Source: an uncultured Rikenellaceae bacterium
Lineage (GTDB): Bacteria > Bacteroidota > Bacteroidia > Bacteroidales > VadinHA17
DNA length: 64,000 nt
Reading direction: 5' to 3'
Assembly: GCA_963696805.1 (NCBI GenBank)
Contig: CAVOLF010000005.1
Location: 526,582 to 590,581, forward strand
Made by a program: the position numbers and the translations under genes. Positions 1-7,591 of this stretch are shown here, one piece after another. How positions within the stretch are numbered: the stretch's first letter is position 1; the number at the start of each line of letters is the position of its first letter. Below the pieces are notes generated by a model. The model saw nothing but the letters and a program-made list of their open reading frames with translations, was not told where the DNA came from and made no database searches.

Positions 1-1668
1 GCCGTTTGCCTTTCGGGGGCGCATGAACCCGGTTGACGCATCCCAGACGTTCAGAAAATTGCGGGAACGGTCGATAAATTCTCCATATAATTCTGGGTCG
101 GCCCCCGGAAACTTTGAATGCAACGGCTCTGTGGACAGTTTATTGATAGTTTGTGCAATGCACCAGTCGTCGTAGGCATATTCGAGGGTGACCGAGACTG
201 ATGATCCGGTTCGCTCGTCAGGTACATATCCGATTCTCACGTAGTCATCGAGCCCGTCGTACCACCCATTGCGCGCTGTGGTAACGCATGCCTCTGTTGC
301 CCTGACGTAGTCAAATCCACCGATGCCTTTAACGATGGCATCAGCAATCACCGGCACGGAGTGGTATCCTATCATGCACCAGTTCTCATTAGCATGGTGG
401 GACCAGACCGGCAGCATATTATGAACGCTCTGGTCATAGTGGGCCAGCATCGAATTTATCATGTCAGCGGTACGTTCCTGCTGCAAGATGGTGAACAGCG
501 GATGGAGTGCACGGTAGGTATCCCAGAGTGAGAAGGTCGTATAGTTGGTGAAATCTCCGGCAGTGTGAACATTCTGGTCCAGCCCCCTGTAGTTTCTGTC
601 TGTATCCATGTAGACAGTGGGAGAGAGGAATGCATGATAGAGTGCCGTATAGAAGCTGACGGTCTGTTCTTCGTTCATCATTGTCACCTCTACTTTTCCA
701 AGTTCGTTGCGCCACATCTCTTCTGCCTTCCGGCGAGTTTTATCGAAGTCCGGGTTGGGCGCCTCGGCCTTCATGTTCTCAATTGCCCCTGCGGTACTTA
801 CCGGAGACAATGCCACCCTCACAGTGATATGTTCTCCCGGCAGGGTATGAAAATCAAAATGGCCCTTTATGCTGCGCCCTGCTGCTTCAGGAAAATTCCG
901 GCGCTGGTCAAAACGGCGCCAGAAGCCTCTGTATACCCGGGCAGGTTCTTCGTTGACAAAACCGTACGAGTCGATGGGTCTGGAGAAGGCAATCGCAAAA
1001 TAGAGTGTCCTCGTTCTGGCCCATCCGCTGGTCTGCCTGAAACCTGTCACCAGGGTGTCATTCTCCACCCTCACGAAAGTCCAGACGTTCTTGCCGTCAT
1101 AATTATAGATCCCGTGGACCATATCGAGTATGATATGGGCTTCGCCTCCCCTGTTGAAGGTATAGCGATGGACCCCGGTGCGGGTTGTGGCCGTCATTTC
1201 GGCCAGTATGTCATGGTCGTCGAGGGTTACGGCATAATAACCGGGCGAGGCTTTTTCACTGACATGGGAGAAGGCTGACCGGTAGCCTTTGTCAGGGGCG
1301 TCTGCCGTTCCGGGATTAAGCTGCAAGACTCCGGTAGTTGGCATTATCATTATGTCTCCGAGGTCGGAGTGCCCTGTGCCGCTGAAATGGGTATGGGTGA
1401 ATCCGACAATGGTTGAGTCACCGTACTGGTATCCGGCGCAGTATTTATAGACATCGCTGTTGTAGCGTCCGTTGACATCATAGGGCAGCGTGTCGGTGTC
1501 AGGCGACAGCTGGACCATTCCGAAGGGAACTGTTGCGCCGGGGTAGGTATGGCCCATACGGTCGGTGCCGATGAAGGGATTTACATACTTTAACAGATCG
1601 GTATCCTGGCCGGAGCAAAGAATTGAGGACAGGCTTAAAAGAAGTGTAGCAAGAAATATCCTGGTCAT
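1..1668 (-). CDS. GH92 family alpha-mannosidase (C-terminal part continues beyond window start)
   Basis: Absent from the ORF track because it runs off the window. Reverse-strand ATG at 1666-1668 gives MTRIFLATLLLSLSSILCSGQ (signal), then VNPFIGTDRMGHTYPGATVPFGMVQLSPDT...FTHTHFSGTGHSDLGD. The frame is open for 556 codons to position 1. This is typical GH92 N-terminal and catalytic-domain text. The 565..1278 plus-strand ORF is its antisense shadow. Confidence 0.85.
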   Translation of the reverse strand, partial: MTRIFLATLLLSLSSILCSGQDTDLLKYVNPFIGTDRMGHTYPGATVPFGMVQLSPDTDTLPYDVNGRYNSDVYKYCAGYQYGDSTIVGFTHTHFSGTGHSDLGDIMIMPTTGVLQLNPGTADAPDKGYRSAFSHVSEKASPGYYAVTLDDHDILAEMTATTRTGVHRYTFNRGGEAHIILDMVHGIYNYDGKNVWTFVRVENDTLVTGFRQTSGWARTRTLYFAIAFSRPIDSYGFVNEEPARVYRGFWRRFDQRRNFPEAAGRSIKGHFDFHTLPGEHITVRVALSPVSTAGAIENMKAEAPNPDFDKTRRKAEEMWRNELGKVEVTMMNEEQTVSFYTALYHAFLSPTVYMDTDRNYRGLDQNVHTAGDFTNYTTFSLWDTYRALHPLFTILQQERTADMINSMLAHYDQSVHNMLPVWSHHANENWCMIGYHSVPVIADAIVKGIGGFDYVRATEACVTTARNGWYDGLDDYVRIGYVPDERTGSSVSVTLEYAYDDWCIAQTINKLSTEPLHSKFPGADPELYGEFIDRSRNFLNVWDASTGFMRPRKANG

Positions 1669-1742
1669 AACTACGGTATTTTCAGAAGTAAAGGTAAAAA
1701 TTACGAGCTATGATCAGGCAAGGCCGCCGGGTACGGATGGAT

Positions 1743-2777
1743 TTATCTCTGTTCCTGGTAGCTTAGCACTTTCTGGTTATACTTTCTGTTCTCCAGGATG
1801 CGCACATATCGCAGGCCGGGTTTGTTCCTATAATCTGAATATGCTTTTTGCGCCCAGGAGACAGCCTCGTCAAGATTGCCGTTGATCTCGCTGATGATGG
1901 CCATGTTGTAATGAGCCCTTCCAGCGATTTTCATCTTTGGATTATCAGTCTCCTTTTCCCACAGCTCGGCTGCTTCATCCCACTTCCCCAGCTGCGCACG
2001 CCGTTTGGCCACCTTGAAGTTGTCGGTGCCCTTCACAAAGTAATCGCGCGTCACTCTGAGCCGGTAGGGGATAAGCCTCAGGGCATAGATATGGCCGGCC
2101 TTCCTGCTGACCTCCTTAACGGCATCCTTCCGGTGGATCATTCCGGCCACTGCTGCAACCGGATTTATCCCTTTACCGGCGAAGACAATCGACTCGGCAA
2201 CGATATGTTCATCAAGTATTGCCCTGTCAGACGGAGAATAGATCCTCCAGCCGGTCTTAACCAATGTCTCCATTGACGCCGAATGATTCAGGACGGGAAT
2301 GTCTCCGAGAGGGGTCTTAACCTTACCCGGTTCGGTCGTGTAGCTGATCCGGGTATCGGTGTCATAGAGCTCAAGTGCAAAGAGTGCCTGTGTGCCGTTA
2401 TCGCGACAGATGTCCTCCACCTGGTCCCATGTCAGCGGTACGGGCATGCCCCCGAGGCCGGAAGTCCTGAACTTCAGTCCGCTCAGCAGCCTTACCTCAT
2501 TGAACCTGTCATTGGCAGCAAGCTCCTCAGTGACACCCTTTATGGCTTCAAGGGTGCCAATTGAGTCAAGGGAGGCTCCCTCGAGCGTCAGCACCTTGTC
2601 AATAATATCGAGCGATTTCGTCTGGTCTGTAGGTGTTGACCGGTCGATGATGCCGATGGTCTTTATCTCCGGGGCGATGGTCACCGGCGCCGGGTGTGTG
2701 ACATTAAGGTAAAGCTCCTGCGTGGCGCATGATGCGGCAGCCAGGGTAATAAACGGCAGAATGAGGTACTTCTTCAT
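1743..2777 (-). CDS. Lipoprotein of unknown function with C-terminal TPR-like repeat
   Basis: 344-aa ORF. Lipobox signal MKKYLILPFITLAAASC. The C-terminal AQLGKWDEAAELWEKE...AHYNMAIISEINGNLDEAVSWAQKAY reads as TPR-like helices. No enzymatic motif recognised. Confidence 0.6.
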   Translation of the reverse strand: MKKYLILPFITLAAASCATQELYLNVTHPAPVTIAPEIKTIGIIDRSTPTDQTKSLDIIDKVLTLEGASLDSIGTLEAIKGVTEELAANDRFNEVRLLSGLKFRTSGLGGMPVPLTWDQVEDICRDNGTQALFALELYDTDTRISYTTEPGKVKTPLGDIPVLNHSASMETLVKTGWRIYSPSDRAILDEHIVAESIVFAGKGINPVAAVAGMIHRKDAVKEVSRKAGHIYALRLIPYRLRVTRDYFVKGTDNFKVAKRRAQLGKWDEAAELWEKETDNPKMKIAGRAHYNMAIISEINGNLDEAVSWAQKAYSDYRNKPGLRYVRILENRKYNQKVLSYQEQR

Positions 2778-2803
2778 CAGGGATACTGTTTGGTTCTTCT
2801 AAT

Positions 2804-2847
2804 GTAAAAACTTGTCCGGTAAACAAATTATTGTATCGTTACCGGAC
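2804..2847 (-). terminator. Candidate rho-independent terminator downstream of the ammonia-lyase gene
   Basis: Perfect 9-bp stem GTCCGGTAA (2814-2822) / TTACCGGAC (2839-2847). On the minus strand it is followed by AAGTTTTTA. A second perfect 9-bp hairpin TCCCGACAT/ATGTCGGGA lies at 2896-2916. Confidence 0.5.
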
Positions 2848-2850
2848 TTA

Positions 2851-2877
2851 CCTCACTACTGCCTGATGCCTCCCTGC
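2851..2877. repeat. Copy of dispersed 3-prime-end element (mRNA sense ...CAGGCAGTAGTGAGG)
   Basis: CCTCACTACTGCCTGATGCC here matches the reverse complement of 45971-45990 (CCTCACTACTGCCTATTGCC) at 18 of 20 positions. See the family A finding. Confidence 0.5.
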
Positions 2878-2932
2878 AAGCTGGCTGCTTCGCTATCCCG
2901 ACATACCATGTCGGGACTTAACCCTCGCCCCT

Positions 2933-4465
2933 CTATTCCAGGCTGCCCACGGTCTTCTCCACCTCGTTAAGTATCTCGCATGATTTAACGAGCTCCTTCA
3001 TGTTGGTGTGATCATCGTAGAGAGGACGGTCGATATCGAGGAACTCGACATGCCTGCGGATGACATCCTTGGCTTTCTGAACGCCGTTGCCGAAGCCGTA
3101 CTCCTCTTTCCTGAAATCAAGCGCCTGTGCGGCAGCCATGAATTCTATTCCGAGAATTCCGTAAGCATTGTCAAGGATCTGGTTGTTCTTGATGGCGGTG
3201 TTCATGCCCATGGAGACAAAATCCTCCTGGTCTGCAGCAGCGGGTATCGACTGTATTGAAGCCGGCATTGAGAGTATTCTCTGCTCTACGATCAACATGT
3301 CAGCGGTGTACTGGCTGAGCATCATTCCTGAGAACATCCCCGCGCCTTTGGTTAGGAAGTCGGGCAGTCCGACGCTGAGTGCGGGATTGTTGAGACGGTT
3401 CATTCTTCTCTCTGACATGACGCTTACCATAGTGACGCAGGCGCCTGCCATATCCATCGGCACTGCTACCGGCGATCCCTGGAAGTTGGCCCCGGAGAGC
3501 TGCAGGTTCTTATCGGGGAAGAAGATAGGGTTGTCTCCCACGCCGTTGAGCTCGATCTCAACCTGGCTGCGGGCGTAGGCCAGCATGTCATGAGCCGAGC
3601 CTATCACCTGCGGGGTTGATCTCATCGAATAGGCATCCTGTACCTTCGACTTCACCCTGCCCTCTTTCAGGTCACCGCCGGCGACGCACTTATTGATGGC
3701 GCTGGCGCTGCGTATGGCACCTTTGAATCCTCTTGCCTCATGCAGCAGCGGTGCGTAAGGCTTCATGTTGGCCTTAAGGGCCTCGAGCGACATTGCTGCT
3801 GCTATCTCTGCCTGTTTCAGCCAGTTGTTGGCATCGACCAGCCAGATGGCGCTCATGGCGGTGAGCATATTCGATCCGTTGATTGCTGCCAGACCGTCGC
3901 GTGCATGCAATCCAGGGACCTGAATGCCTGCTCTCTTCATTGCCCCGGCTCCGTCAAGGAGCTCGCCCTGGTAATATGCCTTTCCCTCTCCCATAAGCAG
4001 GAGGGCTATCTGCGACATGGGGGCCAGGTCGCCGCAGGCACCTACCGATCCCTTCTGGCATGCGAAAGGTGTGACACCCTTGTTGAGCATCTCAACATAG
4101 GTCTCGGTGATCTCGAGACGGCATCCGGAGTTGCCGTGGGCGTGAACGTTGATACGGCCTAGCATGGCGCCCCTGACCGTTTCTATTGACGCAGGGTCAC
4201 CAATGCCGGCGGCATGGTTGTAGACAAGATATTTCTGGAAATCCTTGATCTGATCATCGTTGAGCACCATCTCGGAGAACTCGCCGATGCCCGTGTTGAC
4301 ACCGTACATGATCTCATGTGCCACGATCTTTTTCTCGAGCATGGCGCGGCACTCCAGGATCCTCTTGCGGGCATCAGGGTGCAGCTCTATCTTCTGCCCG
4401 TAGCGGGCAACATTTACAACATCGTTGACAGTAAGGCCTGATCCGGTAATAATTAATGTATCCAT
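2933..4465 (-). CDS. hutH: Histidine ammonia-lyase family enzyme (HAL/PAL/TAL, MIO-dependent)
   Basis: 510 aa, the usual HAL length. It carries GSVGACGDLAPMSQ at the position of the canonical GSVGASGDLAPL MIO-forming motif, and LVYNHAAGIG in place of the HAL SHAAG region. No hutU or hutI is in the window. Confidence 0.8.
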   Translation of the reverse strand: MDTLIITGSGLTVNDVVNVARYGQKIELHPDARKRILECRAMLEKKIVAHEIMYGVNTGIGEFSEMVLNDDQIKDFQKYLVYNHAAGIGDPASIETVRGAMLGRINVHAHGNSGCRLEITETYVEMLNKGVTPFACQKGSVGACGDLAPMSQIALLLMGEGKAYYQGELLDGAGAMKRAGIQVPGLHARDGLAAINGSNMLTAMSAIWLVDANNWLKQAEIAAAMSLEALKANMKPYAPLLHEARGFKGAIRSASAINKCVAGGDLKEGRVKSKVQDAYSMRSTPQVIGSAHDMLAYARSQVEIELNGVGDNPIFFPDKNLQLSGANFQGSPVAVPMDMAGACVTMVSVMSERRMNRLNNPALSVGLPDFLTKGAGMFSGMMLSQYTADMLIVEQRILSMPASIQSIPAAADQEDFVSMGMNTAIKNNQILDNAYGILGIEFMAAAQALDFRKEEYGFGNGVQKAKDVIRRHVEFLDIDRPLYDDHTNMKELVKSCEILNEVEKTVGSLE

Positions 4466-4521
4466 AACTGTATTATTTGAATTAGCTATAACGAAGAATT
4501 TAGAAAGCGAAGAAGATAATT

Positions 4522-4594
4522 ACCCGGTGAGATGTGTAGCGGAGACGCTGCAGACAGAGGAGTTGCAGGCAACCTCTCTGCTCTTTCACCGGGT
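4522..4594 (+). promoter_or_regulatory. Candidate structured RNA/DNA element (three-helix fold) in a divergent intergenic region
   Basis: Closing helix ACCCGGTGA (4522-4530) / TCACCGGGT (4586-4594). Inner hairpin GTAGCG-GAGA-CGCTGC (4536-4551) has a GNRA-type loop and a G-U pair that works only on the plus strand. A third helix pairs ..ACAGAGG with CCTCTCT.. and has a bulge. Confidence 0.3.
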
Positions 4595-4837
4595 TGGTTA
4601 ATACAATCCGGAGCGGTTTATTTTAATCTTGTATTCCAGTGTCCAGCTGTGTGACATAATGGTTCATTAACAAGTCAAATATAATTAAATTATTGAATAA
4701 TATTCCAGACAGTCAGAGGCGCAGCATGCAGAGACTTAGCAGGCTCAGACATTGCTACCTTTCCATGCTTGTTTACGTTAATATATTTATGTAGCTATAA
4801 TTTTATTTTGTATATTTCATGGTCAATTCACAAACCT

Positions 4838-6211
4838 ATGAGACCTAAAATCACTCCGCTTCTGATTCTGACTGTTGTTCCGGCTGTTATCGTGCTGGTC
4901 CTGACGGCTTTTACTATTGTGAGATCGCTTCCGCAGGAGGATCTCAAGGGGAAATACAAATACAAGGATTTCGAGACGGCCCTCAAGTGCCGCTCATGCC
5001 ATCCGGGCATTTATGAGCAGTGGTCGCAGGCTATGATGTCACAGGCATACACCCATCATTGGGATGAGATAGAATATTTTAATCTTGCCGTGCCCCATGC
5101 TGAGGTCAACCCTTCACTAAAGGATCCTGTTGACGGCTGCAACGGCTGTCATACGCCTCTGGCCTTCATGGGAGGGACACTCCCTCCGCCCCGCCCGGAA
5201 GAGAAGAGCATGGCCAACGAGTCGGTTTCGTGCGAGGTATGTCACCTGACACAGAAGGCACAAGCGGATCCACCGAATAACTTCAGTTATTACATTGTTC
5301 CCGGCCAGACCAAATACAGCGGACGCGAACCGCAGATGCAGTCGCCGGCGCATAAGATCATCCAGAATGATTTCTTCAGAACGACCGAGTTCTGCGGCAA
5401 CTGTCATAACGAAATGAATCCATACGGGATATGGGTTAAAAGCACTCAGCTGGAGTGGAAGGAGGGGCCCTATGCGGCTGAAGGAGTACGATGCCAGGAC
5501 TGCCACATGCCCAAGGGACCGTATCAGCTGGCACTCATGGGCAAGACACATGATGATGCACGTCTGCATCTCTTCCACGGCGCCCATGACCCGGGCAAGG
5601 TAAGAGGCACGATTGAGGTCAGGATCGAACCAGATATGCGCCTTGCTGAGCCTGGAGAGACAATCGTATTCACGGTGGCACTGTTCAACCAGAAGACAGG
5701 TCATAAATTCCCGACCGGATCGGTTGAAGATCGCATTGCGTGGTTGAATGTGGAGGCCACAGATGCAAAGGGAAACACGTATCATCTGAACGTTGACAAG
5801 AAAGGATTTGAGGGTGAGGAGTATACGATATCAGGTGATTACCTTGCCTACCAGGATATGGGTATACCTCTTAAAATACAAGACTTCAAGGGTGTTCAGC
5901 GTGACGGCATACCGTTCGGAAACAGGATATTCCGCATGCCTTACTTTGATGAACAGGGCAACATGACAATAATGCAGTGGAACACCTTTTCACAGGGAGT
6001 TGATTACCGGATTGGCCCGAGGGAGACAAAGGTTGAAAAGTTTACATTCAGAATTCCATACGAGGCTGCCCCCGGGGAGATGACGGTGCATGCCGTACTT
6101 AATTACCAGCTCCTGGTCAAGCCTGTTGCCGATTTCCTGAAAGTTCCAGCTGATGAGTCTGCGATACAGATGGTGAATGACCATTCCACAAAAGTTGAGA
6201 TTCTTCCCTGA
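4838..6211 (+). CDS. Pentaheme c-type cytochrome, exported or membrane-anchored
   Basis: Five CxxCH motifs: CRSCH, CNGCH, CEVCH, CGNCH, CQDCH. N-terminal hydrophobic segment MRPKITPLLILTVVPAVIVLVLTAF. The track ORF starts at TTG 4769; ATG 4838 just before the hydrophobic helix is the more likely start. The C-terminal ~200 aa are heme-free. Confidence 0.8.
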   Translation: MRPKITPLLILTVVPAVIVLVLTAFTIVRSLPQEDLKGKYKYKDFETALKCRSCHPGIYEQWSQAMMSQAYTHHWDEIEYFNLAVPHAEVNPSLKDPVDGCNGCHTPLAFMGGTLPPPRPEEKSMANESVSCEVCHLTQKAQADPPNNFSYYIVPGQTKYSGREPQMQSPAHKIIQNDFFRTTEFCGNCHNEMNPYGIWVKSTQLEWKEGPYAAEGVRCQDCHMPKGPYQLALMGKTHDDARLHLFHGAHDPGKVRGTIEVRIEPDMRLAEPGETIVFTVALFNQKTGHKFPTGSVEDRIAWLNVEATDAKGNTYHLNVDKKGFEGEEYTISGDYLAYQDMGIPLKIQDFKGVQRDGIPFGNRIFRMPYFDEQGNMTIMQWNTFSQGVDYRIGPRETKVEKFTFRIPYEAAPGEMTVHAVLNYQLLVKPVADFLKVPADESAIQMVNDHSTKVEILP

Positions 6212-6294
6212 AACCTGCATCTGCTGTCACTCGCAGACACACATAATAATGAGATACATGGAGGTTCTATCATACAATTGAATTTATTCATTTT

Positions 6295-7530
6295 ATGATG
6301 AAAAACCTGAAACCTAAAATGATAAATATGAAAAAGTCAACGTTTACCCGGGTATTTATCCTGGCTGCAATAGTATTGCTGATCATCCCGGCAAGGAAGG
6401 CTGATGCTATTCCGGCCTTTGCACGCAAATACCAGATAAGCTGCCAGGTATGCCATTCGCCAGCGATGCCGGTTCTGAAAGCCTTTGGCGACGAGTATGC
6501 AGGTGCCGGTTTCAGAATGACCGATTATGAATCACCCAGGTATTTTATTAATATCGGTGATGACAGGCTCTCACTCTTCCGGGAACTGCCCCTGGCCGTC
6601 AGGATCGACGGCTTCGCCACCGTCAACTTCAATAATGAGGGCACTGCTGATTTCGGCGCCCCCTTTGTGGTTAAGATCTTATCAGGAGGTGAGCTTTCAG
6701 ACAAGTTGTCGTACTATTTTTATTTTCTTATGAATGAACGTGGCGCAATAGCAGGTTTGGAGGACGCCTTCCTTATGTACGCTGATGCCTTCAACACCGG
6801 CATTAACTTCTATATAGGCCAGTTCCAGACTTCAGATCCTCTTTTCAAGGGCGAATTGCGGCTTACCCTCGAACCCTACAAGATCTACGGAGTCAAGCCT
6901 GCCAACTCCACAATAGATCTGAAATATGACAGGGGGATAATGTTCGACAAAGGATTCTCCAGCGGAACAACGATAGTCGGTGAGATTGTAAACGGAAGCG
7001 GACTGGGTGAAGCAGGGGAGGGATACCTCTTTGACAAGGATAAGTATAAGAACTATATGCTACGGATAAAACAGGACATCGGGAAAAGTATATCAGTCGG
7101 CTTCTTCGGGTATACCGGTAAGGAGGTAATAAGCGGCCAAGCCCCTGATCCTTACGTCAGCGAGATGAAGATGTACGGCCCTGACCTGTCTATTGATATT
7201 GACGGGAAGCTGGTGATCAACATGCAGTACGTTTGGAGGACGGATTCAGAGGTCTATGATGGTGTGGCAGAAGTTCCGATGATGGATGTAAAAACCAGCG
7301 GAGGGTTTGCCGAGATTATTTATGCACCAAAGGGTGATATGAGCAAATTCTACCTCACAGGGCTGGTTAATCTCGTTGAATCGCAGATAGATGAGTTTGA
7401 TTATCAGTCGGCCACGCTTCATTTCGGTTATCTCTTGCGCAGGAATGTACGCGTTGTAGCAGAAGGCACCTATATCTTTTCAGGCACTCCCTATGCCAAG
7501 GCAAGTTTGGGTTTCGTCTCGGCATTCTAA
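6295..7530 (+). CDS. Outer-membrane beta-barrel protein with N-terminal monoheme CxxCH (Cyt572-like)
   Basis: Signal peptide ...LLIIPARKADA, then AIPAFARKYQISCQVCHSP. About 370 aa of Gly/Tyr/Phe-rich alternating sequence follow, ending in a C-terminal Phe (LGFVSAF). The start may be the internal MKKSTF at 6328. Confidence 0.7.
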   Translation: MMKNLKPKMINMKKSTFTRVFILAAIVLLIIPARKADAIPAFARKYQISCQVCHSPAMPVLKAFGDEYAGAGFRMTDYESPRYFINIGDDRLSLFRELPLAVRIDGFATVNFNNEGTADFGAPFVVKILSGGELSDKLSYYFYFLMNERGAIAGLEDAFLMYADAFNTGINFYIGQFQTSDPLFKGELRLTLEPYKIYGVKPANSTIDLKYDRGIMFDKGFSSGTTIVGEIVNGSGLGEAGEGYLFDKDKYKNYMLRIKQDIGKSISVGFFGYTGKEVISGQAPDPYVSEMKMYGPDLSIDIDGKLVINMQYVWRTDSEVYDGVAEVPMMDVKTSGGFAEIIYAPKGDMSKFYLTGLVNLVESQIDEFDYQSATLHFGYLLRRNVRVVAEGTYIFSGTPYAKASLGFVSAF

Positions 7531-7591
7531 ACTTTAGCTGTTACACATTGTGTCTTTTTCAGTCTTTTCAGAATAATTAAATAAAATACCT

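Noticed and set aside
565-1278. 237-aa plus-strand ORF, and many similar 60-220-aa ORFs antisense to or overlapping long genes (for example 5117..5785, 8462..8941, 9746..10384, 38153..38755, 42142..42657, 55902..56360).
   Set aside because: Each lies entirely inside a longer ORF on the other strand or frame that has clear family motifs. Their sequences are low-complexity or Arg/Ser/Cys-rich shadow translations. No independent support.
4522-4594. Whether the 73-nt three-helix element is a tRNA.
   Set aside because: It has no T-loop (GTTCRANYC-like) or D-loop consensus. The helix lengths (9/6/7 bp) and junctions do not fit a cloverleaf, and there is no anticodon-arm geometry.
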